DNA from: Macrostomum lignano
Taxonomy: Eukaryota
DNA: 61,992 nucleotides
NCBI GenBank assembly: GCA_002269645.1
Contig: NIVC01004065.1
Coordinates: 1 to 61,992 of the forward strand
Direction: 5' to 3'
This document shows positions 25,747 to 39,200 of the stretch, piece by piece; within the stretch, counting starts at the first letter, position 1, and every line of letters begins with the position of its first letter. The position numbers were made by a program, and so were the translations under genes. The notes below the pieces were generated by a model. It was not told where the DNA came from. It made no database searches and was given only the letters and a program-made list of their open reading frames with translations.

Positions 25747-26034
25747 GAATGAGTCAGTTGGATAAAGTGTCAGATGAGGATGAGTCAGTTGGATAAAGTG
25801 TCAGATGAGGATGAGTCAGTTGGATAAAGTGTCAGATGAGGATGAGTCAGTTGGATAAAGTGTCAGATGAGGGTGAGTCAGTTGGATAAAGTGTCAGATG
25901 AGGATGAGTCAGTTGGATAAAGTGTCAGATGAAAATGAGTCGGTTGGATAAAGTGTCAGATGAGGATGAGTCGGTTGGATAAAGTGTCAGATGAAAATGA
26001 GTCCGTTGGATAAAGTGTCAGATGAGGATGAGTG
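25747..26034. repeat. 31-bp minisatellite right after a splice donor
   Basis: Unit ATGAGTCAGTTGGATAAAGTGTCAGATGAGG, about 9 copies. Confidence 0.95.
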
Positions 26035-26304
26035 AAAGCAGGAAAACAGGAAGACTGCGCGCAGGCTTTTAGCTTGCTGTGTTTCCTGAAGCCCTAAAAG
26101 CCGCTGAAAGTTGAAACGCTATTTAAAGCTTGTTTACAGAAACCGTGCAGAGGCTTAATTATAGGAAAGAGTTTCTAAAATCGAAGTAGAAATTAAAAGA
26201 AATTTCTTCCGGAACTCTGAACTATGTACTAATCCTACTTCAGAAGTATGTCTTCAAAATATTTTACTCCATATTTATACTTAAGACAAAACGTGTCTCG
26301 TATA

Positions 26305-26766
<462 letters not shown>

Positions 26767-27149
26767 GTTTATTAGAAGTGGACATAACAGGACGACATCA
26801 CTCGTGGTGGCAGAGAGTCATTCAAAATCAGACTGCCCCACTGGTTTGTTTAGAATTTAGAAGCCCCATTCACCCGTTAGGCTATAAGAAAGACATACCT
26901 ACGAGCGTTTCCGGAGGCCGCCTCCGGTCCCAGCCAGATTGAACCCGCACTTGCGAGCGGCTCAATGCGTTCCAACCGATAAGGACTGCGTGACCGCGGG
27001 CCGCTTGTCTCTGACAGTTGGCTGTGTGCAAAACACCCAAATTTTGCTATATTAAGTACTTTGACACTGTGGCTGGCAAATCTGCCTTTGACTGGACTGT
27101 CTGTACTTTTCAGTAGAATATGAGCCCGAGATTTTACCTGGATAACCAC

Positions 27150-27763
27150 TTGGATGACAGAGCAGTTTCCCTACCTGGGTGACAGAGTTTCCACCTGGAT
27201 GACAGAGCAGTTTCCCTACCTGGGAGACAGAGTTTCCACCTGGATGACAGAGCAGTTTCCCTACCTGGGAGACAGAGTTTCCACCTGGATGACAGAGCAG
27301 TTTCCCTACCTGGGAGACAGAGTTTCCACCTGGATGACAGAGCAGTTTCCCTACCTGGGAGACAGAGTTTCCACCTGGATGACAGAGCAGTTTCCCTACC
27401 TGGGAGACAGAGTTTCCACCTGGATGACAGAGCAGTTTCCCTACCTGGGAGACAGAGTTTCCACCTGGATGACAGAGCAGTTTCCCTACCTGGGTGACAG
27501 AGGTTTCCACCTGGATGACAGAGCAGTTTCCCTACCTGGGTGACAGAGTTTCCACCTGGATGACAGAGCAGTTTCCCTACCTGGGAGACAGAGTTTCCAC
27601 CTGGATGACAGAGCAGTTTCCCTACCTGGGTGACAGAGTTTCCACCTGGATGACAGAGCAGTTTCCCTACCTGGGTGACAGAGGTTTCCACCTGGATGAC
27701 AGAGCAGTTTCCCTACCTGGGTGACAGAGGTTTCCACCTGGATGACAGAGCAGTTTCCCTACT
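27150..27763. repeat. 45-bp minisatellite (25+20 dimer)
   Basis: Unit TGGATGACAGAGCAGTTTCCCTACC-TGGGAGACAGAGTTTCCACC, period 45. Confidence 0.96.
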
Positions 27764-28247
27764 CGGATGGGAAGAGCAAAGAAGCTGGGAATGGCGCAAA
27801 GGCTCTGTTTTGGTCGGGACGCAGGTAGCACCGATCTGAGCAGCCTTTGAGATGAGGCCAAAGCGCATGCCAGAGCTAAAAGCGAAGATTATTTCCAGAT
27901 AAAGCCAGACGCGAATTTTTCACAGCGGCCCTTTCGAGCAAGAAATTATCGTACTTTTATTCCGCCCTCTCCTCTCCTTGGACCGACTGGGCGAGAGAGT
28001 TCCAGAATAATTAGTCAACAGAATCTCAGCCAAGCAGGTGGAATTATAGCTGTTGCTCAACTCGGGCCCGCAACTCAGAATAATCACATGAGCAGCAGGC
28101 CGACATTAGCGGCAATATTGTTAATAACTAAAAAGGGTGGCGACGGAACTTCCCGAAAGCATTATTTTAAAGACCTTTATGAGCCAGCGCTCAAGCTTGC
28201 ACTTGTCGTTTAGAGCAATAATCTAATAATCTCCATATATCACACAC

Positions 28248-28590
28248 CAGACCCTATCCGTCCCACTTGAGACCCTATCCGTCACACTTGAGACCCTATC
28301 CGTCACACTTGAGACCCTATCCGTCACACTTGAGACCCTATCCGTCACACTTGAGACCCTATCCGTCACACTTGAGACCCTATCCGTCACACTTGAGACC
28401 CTATCCGTCACACTTGAGACCCTATCCGTCACACTTGAGACCCTATCCGTCACACTTGAGACCCTATCCGTCACACTTGAGACCCTATCCGTCACACTTG
28501 AGACCCTATCCGTCACACTTGAGACCCTATCCGTCACACTTGAGACCCTATCCGTCACACTTGAGACCCTATCCGTCACACTTGAGACCC
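28248..28590. repeat. 21-bp minisatellite
   Basis: Unit TTGAGACCCTATCCGTCACAC. Confidence 0.96.
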
Positions 28591-28666
28591 AGCAGCCATC
28601 ACACACCAGGCCCCATCCATCACACGGCATCCTTATACAACCCACTTCCTATCTGCCTCACTCCAG

Positions 28667-28871
28667 TCTGAGAACGGCACCGGATCCCAGCTGCAGGGCT
28701 TGCGCAAGCCCATCGAGGAATTCCACAGCAGTCGCGGTCTGTGGCTGCTGCACAGGACTCTGTCTACTGAGGTGCGCACCTGCCGGGCTCAGAGCACTTC
28801 GGACTCGCCATCATCGCTGGTGTCCAGCTCAACTCTGCCACCGGCCAGTGTTGCTGAGTATTCTACACAGC
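28667..28871 (+). CDS. Putative internal N-terminal exon of MAST
   Basis: Acceptor CTCCAG, open frame SENGTGSQLQGLRKPIEEF...YSTQ, donor GTGAGT. Phase 0 in and phase 1 out; the downstream partner exon is not resolved. Confidence 0.5.
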
Positions 28872-28904
28872 GTGAGTCAATGCGATTATTGTCTGTGTCT
28901 ATCT

Positions 28905-29066
<162 letters not shown>

Positions 29067-29403
29067 GTTTTTGTGTTTATTAGTCTGTTTGCAGGCCAGC
29101 CTATTGCCCCAGCACTTGCACAATCAAGCAGCAGTTCGGCGCACTGCGTGGTCAGGGAGAAGCCGCAGCAGATACTCACTAGTCGCCAATGTCATGCACA
29201 TATTTTGACACAGAAAATTTCGCAGTTTGATGACATACCACGAGCTCAGCCTTATCTCGGCAGTGTTTTTAATCAGGAGTTAGCCAGTGCCCTCCCAAGT
29301 GCTGCAGTCCTGTGCAATATATACTTCGGCCGCGTGCGTTCTGCAGTGTCTGCGTGCTCTTTAGTTCAAATTCCCTCCGAAACCTGCAGCCGATTAGCCT
29401 GGG

Positions 29404-32400
29404 ATGCTGTCCAGCTTCTTTCAGCTGCTGCATCGCTGGGACAGCGGCGCCAGCCATCCCTCTAGCATGCTGGCCCCGCCACTGACTGCCCTGGCCCTGC
29501 AACCCCGACGCCTTTCAGACTCGGCGACCAGCAACCTGGTGCGGCTGCAGCGCAGCGCCAAGGGCCAGTCGGCGCCGAATTTGTCAACCGCATGCGTGAG
29601 TGACAGCCAGTTCTTTACTTTGTGTTGCAATCTCCGTGGGTTGCAATTCTTTGTGTTGCAATCTCCGTGGGTTGCAATTCTTTGTGTTGCGATCTCGGTG
29701 GGTTGCAATTCTTTGTGTTGCAATATCCGTGGGTTGCAATCTCCGTGGGTTGCAATTCTTTGTGTTGCAATCTTCGTGGGTTGCAATTCTTTGTGTTGCA
29801 ATCTCCGTGAGTTGCAATGTTTCTGTTGCAATATCCGTGGGTTACAATCTCCGTGGGTTGCAATTCCTTGTGCTGCAATATCCGTGGGTTGCAATATCCG
29901 TGAGTTGCAATATCCGTGGGTTGCAATCTCCGTGGGTTGCAATCTCCGTGGGTTGCAATCTCCGTGGGTTGCAATTCCTTGTGCTGCAATATCCGTGGGT
30001 TGCAATATCCGTGGGTTGCAATAACCGTGGGTTGCAATATCCGTGAGTTGAAATCTCCGTGGGTTGCAATCTCCGTGAGTTGAAATCTCCGTGAGTTGCA
30101 ATATCCGTGAGTTGCAATATCCGTGGGTTGCAATATCCGTGGGTTGCAATCTCCGTGGGTTGCAATCTCCGTGGGTTTCAATTCCTTGTGCTGCAATATC
30201 CGTGAGTTGCAATTTCCGTGAGTTGCAATATCCGTGGGTTGCAATATCCGTGGGTTGAAATCTCCGTGAGTTGCAATATCCGTGGGTTGCAATATCCGTG
30301 GGTTGCAATATCCGTGGGTTGCAATCTCCGTGAGTTGCAATATCCGCAGCCTCTGTGCGGACACTCGGGACAAATATCAAGCGCATTGAGTTAGCTCTCA
30401 CAGACTTATTGTCATTTCACTCATTTCGCCGGCGAGTGCAACCCTTTGGGAATTGTAGCTGGGACTATATTCCGCGGGAAAAACATGCAAGTAGGCGGAA
30501 GCCTCCCAGCAAAGTGAGCTCAGCAAGGATTTTCTTCGCTTTTATTCCTATGACGTCTGCTCCGCCTTTCTGCGACTTCCCATTGTATAAGTACTTTCAG
30601 CAAATATCCTAGCCAATTCGATCAGAAATTAATGATCAATAATAATGCTCTGTTGAATTTTTCTAATTGGAATTTTCTCTGATAACTAAAAAAGGGAAGA
30701 GACAGAGAGGCGAAGACAGAGAGAGTCAGCTTGGGTTGCTCATCAGACTTCACTGCTTCATGTAAAATTGATGTCAATACGAGTATCTGCGAGGCCTGCT
30801 AGAAAAAAAGGCCTGCTCTCTTCATCGTCGCCCTATCGACATCGACGCTTATTGAGCCAGTTGTCAAGTTCTTGAGGACCTGTCTTACTTCAGGCTGAAG
30901 TATGAGAAATATGGATCAGTATTTTAGTACTGGGTAATGCTGACTGTGAATCATGCAGTTATCTGACTGACTGTTCTTTTAACTATTGTATTTGTTACTC
31001 AAGCTCATATGCATCTGGTTCTACCAATTCAATTAATATGGTTCAGCTATGGCTCTGTCTGTGACTCAGCTATGGCTCTGTCTGTGACTCAGCTATGGCT
31101 CTGTCTGTGACTCAGCTATGGCTCTGTCTGCGACTCAGCTATGGCTCTGTCTGTGATTCAGCTATGGCTCTGTCAGTGACTCAGCTATAGCTCTGTCTGT
31201 GACTCAGCTATGGCTCCGTCTGTGACTCAGCTATGGCTCTGTCTGTGATTCAGCTATGGCTCTGTCTGTGTTCAGCTATGGCTCTGTCTGTGACTCAGCT
31301 ATGGCTGTCTGTGATTCAGCTATGGCTCTGTCTGTGACTCAGCTATGGCTCTGTCTGTGACTCAGCTATGGCTCTGTCTGTGATTCAGCTATGGCTCTGT
31401 CTGTGACTCAGCTATGGCTCTGTCTGTGATTCAGCTATAGCTCTGTCTGTGACTCAGCTATGGCTCTGTCTGTGATTCAGCTATGGCTCTGTCTGTGACT
31501 CAGCTATGGCTCTGTCTGTGATTCAGCTATGGCTCTGTCTGTGACTCAGCTATGGCTCTGTCTGTGACTCAGCTATGGCTCTGTCTGTGACTCAGCTATG
31601 GCTCTGTCTGTGATTCAGCTATGGCTCTGTCTGTGTTCAGCTATGGCTCTGTCTGTGACTCAGCTATGGCTGTCTGTGATTCAGCTATGGCTCTGTCTGT
31701 GACTCAGCTATGGCTCTGTCTGTGACTCAGCTATGGCTCTGTCTGTGATTCAGCTATGGCTCTGTCTGTGACTCAGCTATGGCTCTGTCTGTGATTCAGC
31801 TATAGCTCTGTCTGTGACTCAGCTATGGCTCTGTCTGTGATTCAGCTATGGCTCTGTCTGTGACTCAGCTATGGCTCTGTCTGTGATTCAGCTATGGCTC
31901 TGTCTGTGACTCAGCTATGGCTCTGTCTGTGACTCAGCTATGGCTCTGTCTGTGACTCAGCTATGGCTCTGTCTGTGATTCAGCTATAGCTCTGTCTGTG
32001 ACTCAGCTATGGCTCTGTCTGTGTTCAGCTATGGCTCTGTCTGTGACTCAGCTATGGCTCTGTCTGTGATTCAGCTATAGCTCTTTCTGTGACTCAGCTA
32101 TGGCTGTCTGTGACTCAGCTATGGCTCTGTCTGTGACTCAGCTATGGCTCTGCCTGTGACTCAGCTATGGCTGCCTGTGACTCAGCTATGGCTGCCTGTG
32201 ACTCAACTATTAGATGCAGTACGCAGCAATGGCAAATTCGCAGAGAGACCCAGCATCCCAGCGAGTCCGACGCAACAGCAACCGACTGCTGGATGAGCAG
32301 CAGCATCGAGTCGGACAGCAGAGTGGCGGCGCCGGCAGCAGCGTCGCAACTACGTCGAACCGGCTCCAGGTGCACTCATTGCCTGCGCACAGCAGCGGTC

Positions 32401-35400
32401 GCTATGGCAACCAGCAGGCGCCAGCTCAGCTAGGTGAGAGTGCAACCAAGCAGGACTGGTATTTTAGCTATAAAAGTCGAACATGTTACTATTATTAGTA
32501 TATGCACGGTTAGACTGCAGCTTTTATTGCAGAAATTTCTCCTGGACAGATCAGCGCAGACGGAGCACAACACAAAACAATTTTGTGCCAACAAAACCTA
32601 TTGACTATAATTTTGTGCACCAGACTCGCATAGTACTAAAATAGTTGGTATAGACGAAAATCGCGGCTTCTAAAAAATGATGAAAGAAGGATCATTGTGA
32701 ACTACATAGCACGCTTGCAGCGCGAGAAACAGAAAGCAGACAAATGAATTCTGAAGAAACGGAGTCATCAAATAAAAGTCTGTCGCAAAAACAGTTAAAA
32801 GTGCAGACAAGACAACAGGGATACGCAGGTAAAAGGGAGAGAGCTGAAAGGGATGCGTACGAAAGAATTTTCTGTTTTATTTATTCTTAGAAAAGAGCTG
32901 AGTAGAAAATACGAAATCACTCCAGTTGACTTGCTCTTTTTTCGAGGCGCAAAAGAATGATAATTTTTATAGTAAGAAGTCAACAAAAGCAGACGAATTT
33001 CAAAGCTTTGAAGTCACAAAACGAAAATTGTTTTTCCATTAATTTTTACGAGCGTATCTTTACCATAACTTGCTTAGTGTAAGTAGGACACTTTCTCTCC
33101 AAAACTGATTGAATTACTACGAAATAAACTATATAAATCACTATTCCTAATGTACGCACTGCGAAAACTCTATCCCTAATGTACAAGCTGTAAAAACTCT
33201 ATCCCTAATGTACGCGCTGTAAAAACTCTATCCCTAATGTACACGCTGTAAAAACTCTATCCCTAATGTACGCGCAAAAACACCCTACCCACAATGTACA
33301 CACTAAAAAACTGTCCCCGAATGTACACTCGTCCGTCAACAAAAACCAACCTACGAAGCATTAAAAAGGCTTCCCTTTCCAAGTAAATTTGTCAGACGTT
33401 AAATCCACTAGAACCGATCAAAGACCCTTGAAACGTTGCCTGCCTTCACTGGTCGTAGTCCTTGAGCCGCTGCGACACGCATCGTTTGAATTTTTCAACG
33501 GGCGTATCGGCGCTGACAGGCCTGGAGTTGAGGCCGCGCAGTCGGTCGCGCAGTATGCAGATGAACTCGTGGAAACTGAGACTGCCGTCTTCGTCATTAT
33601 CAAACAGTAGAAACACTGTGGAGACCACGTGCGGCGCCAGGGTGTAGCCAACGCAGGCCTTCACCGCGCGCTGGAACTCCTCCTGGTTGATGGCGTGCCC
33701 AGCCAGCGAGTACATCTTCAAAGCCGTGGAGAAGTCCTCCAGGTTATTTAGAAACTGGAAGAATAGTCGAAAGTCTTCAAATCGAATGCCTTCCTCGCGT
33801 ACCAGCCGGTCCCGAACGCGCTGCAGCTGTTCCTCTTGCACCTCCGGCGACAGCTTAGTGTAGCGAAGCAACACCTGGGCGAACTCGCTTTCGGATATGG
33901 TCTGCAAACCCTTGGAGAATTCTGTGAACTCAATCTCCAGCACCTCCCATTGCAGATTAGTCATAAACTTGCTGAACTCGCGAAAGTCCAACTTGTCGGT
34001 GCCCGACCGGCCAAAGAAGTGCAGCATCAGCGTCGTGTCCTGCAACGGCGTCACGTCCGAGTAATCAATGGCCTCGAGCTCTCCGGCCTGGCGGGACATC
34101 ATCTTGTTGAGTATGGTGAACTCGGTCTTGTCCACGCGCTGATTCCTGGCCAAGTCGATCATTTTGAACGCAATTTCAAAGCCGGCCTTGGCTTAGCCAG
34201 GATGCAGAGCAGGAACAGGTACTCCGAGTAGGATATGATGCCTTCGTCTCCCAAGCTGCGGAAAAGCTTGTTGGAGGCCCACCACCTTGATGGAGTCTTG
34301 TACAAGATGCGGCTGAGCTCAGACTCCGAGTAGACGCGGCGCCGCTTCCTGTAGCGCGGTCGGTCCTGCGTCACCGACTCCAGGAAGTCCTGCGGTGTCA
34401 TGTATGGCACGCCGTCGAACTCCACAGAGGCGAAGTCGAGAAACCTTCGCTCACGATAGTTGCGGCCAGTTGCTTGCCAAGGCTTGGCTGGCCCGCCGGC
34501 TGCAGCTGCCGATGATGGCGATGGCTGGACCTCCTCGGTCTTCGTCCTGGCAACCGCCGCTGCTGCTGTCAAACTGGCAGCCACTGGCTGAAGCCGGGCG
34601 GCTGCCGACCACGAAATCGTCGGTTTGTCGGAGTTATCGACGGTTGCATCATTGGCTGGAGTCGCAGCGAAAGCGGCAGCCAGTGCAGCGGCTGCGCCAT
34701 AGGCAGAAGGCCGGGCAAGTTTCAGCAGAAGGCGGCTCATCGCCTACGGGGGATTTGAGAAAAAAATTGAAATTTTTATTACGAAATTATGATAAAAAAT
34801 GAGCAAGAATTACAATTATAAAATGATCTCAAAGTTTTCCCCACAGACATATATTAATTATTATTGTTCCGGGATTTTATAAAAAAATATAAGATCAAAG
34901 TCGTACCTGTTAATGGTCGGAGCTCGATGATATTTACAATGCTTTGCCGAGACGAAACTCCTTGCACTGAAATGTTATCTCAATGAAATAATATATATTA
35001 TAGTATATTATGCCTGGCTATTTGCGGAGAGGGCGATCTAGGCTCTAGCCAAATAAGCTTTACTTTGCCCACACACTCACGCAAAACCTTGGGGCTTGGC
35101 TTGGAACTGTAATGGCTTAAGACAGAGAATGCATTTTACGCTTTGCTCCCCCTCCACGCTTGTCTTTGCCTCCATTTCAAATATAGCTAGCTAGCTTAGC
35201 TGCGCACGGCCCGGGCTGTATCCCCCCCCCTCTGCCCAGCGCGCGAAGGCTGCTGCTGGTGAAGGATAGGGCTTGGGGGGTTGGGAGTGACAGGGGGAAG
35301 CAAATGTACAGGCCCCGTTCCCCTATTTCGTTTATGTACATTGGGTCTTATCTTGTCGCCTCCCCCCCCCCTATTTGCGTACACACCACCCGATTTCAAG

Positions 35401-36123
35401 CGGAAGAAGAGAGCCTGATGAGAGGTGGGGACTTCCTATTCCTCGGGCCTCTGTTGCTGCAGCTGCACCCCCCCCCCTCATTTTCGCGCCGTACTGGCTT
35501 AGGGATTGAGAGCGCTTCTTCTCCATTGCAGCAAAATCGTAGTTGCACTGCGCCATTCTTCTATTTGATTTTATTATTTAACACAGCATGTCGGCGAATC
35601 TACTGAGGGAAGAAATTTCTTTGCTTCGCCTACTGACAAAGTAGTATGATTGGGATTTTAAAAAGTTATATTGTAGACTACTAAGTAGAAAGACGCAAAA
35701 AATCAAGAAAACTTAGGCTGCTTGATGTATTATTATAAACACTTAAACAATCCATGGTTGACTATGAAATACAAGCCAGGAACCAAGCTTGCTGCTTAAC
35801 GGGCAATGATATGTCGTAAACGTCCGTATTAAGTATAAAATATGACCAATATTGCAGGCAGCCCTACGCGAACTAGCGGGATCGGGCCTCCGACAACAAT
35901 CAGCGTTCCCTTGCCCGCCTATCTGCGAGTGGAGACCTCTCACCAGCAGCACCAGCAGCTTCAAGACGCCAGCAGACGCTGGTCGGTCGCTTCGCTGCCA
36001 GCCACGGTGTCCTCGTCTGGCTACGGAAGCAACACACCGGAGACCAGCAGCGTGACCAGCCACAGTTCGTCCAAGGAGAACCTTCAACAGCACCAACAGC
36101 AGCAGCATCAGTGCCAGAGTCTA

Positions 36124-36158
<35 letters not shown>

Positions 36159-36177
36159 TCAATGCCAGAGTCTACAG

Positions 36178-36212
<35 letters not shown>

Positions 36213-36231
36213 TCAATGCCAGAGTCTACAG

Positions 36232-36266
<35 letters not shown>

Positions 36267-39200
36267 TCAATGCCAGAGTCTACAGCAGCAGCAACAGCAA
36301 CCGTTAGTGCAGCAGCCCGAAGACTACACGAGTTTCTCCAGCCGTCCTCGTTCGCACAGCCTCAGCAGCAGCCCAATGCGATGGCAGGAGCAGCGTCACG
36401 ATATTGCGCTGATGAACAGCGTCTACAAAGAGCATTTTCCTCGGGCCACTGCCCAGATGATCGACCGCCTAGACGAGTTCATTACCAGCTTGGAGTCCTT
36501 GAGGAGCGACGAACGCAACGCGATTGCCCGTTACTCACTGGTGCAGCTGCAGAAGCTTGCTCGCGAGTGCCTGCAGAGATCCCAGGATCACAAACTGTCC
36601 GGCGCATTCTTCTATGAAATCGGCCAGAAGGTTGAGCTGCTGGCCAACGAATGTGAAGAGAAGAGCCGCGACGCTCTGCCCAGGGTCTTGGGCTGGGGAC
36701 GCCAGCTGCTGGTGATCGTGTCTCGAACTGCACGCCTGCTGGAGTGCTTAGAGTTCGACCCGGCCGAGTTCATGCAGCTGCTCGAGGCTGCTGAGGGTCA
36801 GGTGCGCCGGGCCGAGAGCCTGCAGGCGGACATACCGCGCTACATCGTCTCCAAACTCGGTCTCAACAAGCCGGACCCACTGGACAGTCTGAGCGATGCC
36901 GATACGGACCGGACGCCATCGCCCGTGTCGTCTTTGCTGACTGATTCAGGAAGTCAGCAGCTCTTTCGCGAGCCTTCAGAAGACGACTTCCAGGTAAGAA
37001 TAACAAAAAAATCAAATTACCTTTATTAGGCTTAGCAAAATCGTTTTTATATTCGATTTTTACGTCTTATGCGCCAGGTGGTGAAGCTGATATCCAATGG
37101 GGCCTACGGCGCAGTGCACCTGGTTCGGCACAAGGCCAGCCGGCAGCGATTTGCTATGAAGAAGGTGCGCAAGACGCACCTTGTGCTTCGCAACCAGGTA
37201 GACCAGGCCTTTGCCGAGCGCGACATCCTCTCTTTTGCTGACAATCCTTTTGTAGTGTCGCTGTTCTGCACCTTCGAGACAAAGAAGTATCTCTGCATGG
37301 TGATGGAATTCGTGGAGGGCGGCGATTGTGCCTCACTGTTGAAGCAGATTGAGGTGCTGCCGTTGGACCTGGCGCGCATGTACTTTGCCGAGATTGTGCT
37401 GGCCCTGGAGTATCTGCACAGTTACGGCATCGTGCATCGAGACTTGAAGCCGTCGAACCTCCTAATCAGCAGTGAGGGTCACATCAAGCTGACCGACTTC
37501 GGCCTCAGCAAGATCGGCCTCATGACCCTGGCCACTAGCTTGTACGAGACAGGTCTGAAGGATTGTGCAATGTTCAGCGATGCCCAAATATTCGGAACGC
37601 CGGAGTACATCAGCCCGGAGGTGATCCTGAGACAGGGCTACGGCAAGCCGGTCGACTGGTGGGCTGCCGGCATCATTCTTTACCAGTTTCTGGTCGGCTT
37701 CGTGCCGTTCACCGCCGACTCGGCCGAAGAGCTGTTCATGCTACTGGTGTCGGACCCGCCGCCGACTATTGAGTGGCCGGAAGAGGAGGAGCTCGCCCTG
37801 CCACCCGAGGCTGTCGATCTTATCAGCAGGTTGCTGGAGACCGAGCCACTGCTTCGGCTGGGGACGGGTGGTCCGCATGAGGTGAGGGGCAACTAGAAAC
37901 ATTAGTGATTTACAAGTCTATGAGCTTTAATACATACCCAAAGTACCAGCAACCCCGGGCAATTTTTTTGCCGTAATATGGATCAAACTAATTAGTCGAG
38001 TAAAAGCAGCGTAACGACAGTCTCTGTAATCGTGGATGCATTGTACCGGATGGTGCAAGTGTGTCTCTGGGCGGCCCGGCTGATGATCTTGCATCAGTGT
38101 TTCGGGAAGATGACCGCACTCATAGCTGCTTGAGCTGCCTTTGCGCCTTGAACTGACCTATGCAGGCAGCTGGTAAATGGACCGCCTGGAAGGCATGAGC
38201 CCAAGAATTTGGCACCCTGCCAGTGTGACCCACCAGAACTCGGGGATCCTAGTCCTAGGAGACGTGTTCAGCGCTAGGGTGACTGGCTCGTACCTGGATC
38301 ACGAGGAGTGTGATCAAATTTTTGCCCATGGCGCAATACGTGTTCCTAATGAGCCTTTGCAGTTCGGACACCCCAACCCCACTGACGAGATCCAATCTTG
38401 AGATAGTCCGAGCATAGACTCCGGGAGGACCCACCCCGGGCAAACCTGTTTAGAAAAAAACAACAAATGGAGCAACTCAAGCACACAAACTCGAAAAGTT
38501 TACCATGCACTAGACTAAGTTCATAACCACCCCTGCTTGCATCCGTTATAACCATTCAAAACTGGAAGCAAGCTAGACCAATAAAAACCGGAGTGGACTG
38601 GCAGACTGAACTAGATTGGAGTGGTCAGATTATTCTAAATTAGGAGACCATAAGAGGTTCGCTTGACGTACTCCTCTCGCTACTTGTTAGTCGTGTAATA
38701 CCTGGTGCACTCGTGTCCCGGTCCGCTTGCAGGTCAAGGAGCACGCATTCTTCTCTAGCGTCGACTGGACAGGTCTGCTGAAGGAAAAAGCGGAATTCGT
38801 GCCGCAGCTGGACCACGACGAGGACACCAGCTATTTTGACCCTCGGTCCGACCGCTACAACCACGAGTCAAACTCCGAGGACGAGGTTACGGACGAGTCT
38901 GAGGAGGCGCCTCTGTTTCACAGCTTCGGCAGCTGTAGTCCGCGATTCTCTCTACTGTCGGGGCCCCTATCGCCGCAGCCGCTGTCGCCACCGCCGCCGA
39001 TACAGACAACTCCAACAACACCGGCTCTCCCTCCACCTCCACCTCCACCTCCACCTCCACCTACTCAGCTTACACCGCCTCCCCCGGCATCCCCGCCACC
39101 CCAGCCTCCCAAGGCGCAGACGCCGCAGCCAACATCCACGCCACCGGTGCGTCCGACATCGATCTGCTCTGCGACCGCGTCTGCTGCTGCTGCTGCTGCT

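Noticed and set aside
27052-27737. Repetitive ORFs, including an EQFPYLG motif resembling the RT YLG motif
   Set aside because: Product of the 45-bp repeat; no other RT motifs.
29596-30401. Long ORFs in several frames
   Set aside because: Stop-free translations of the 15/16-bp array downstream of the GTGAGT donor at 29596.
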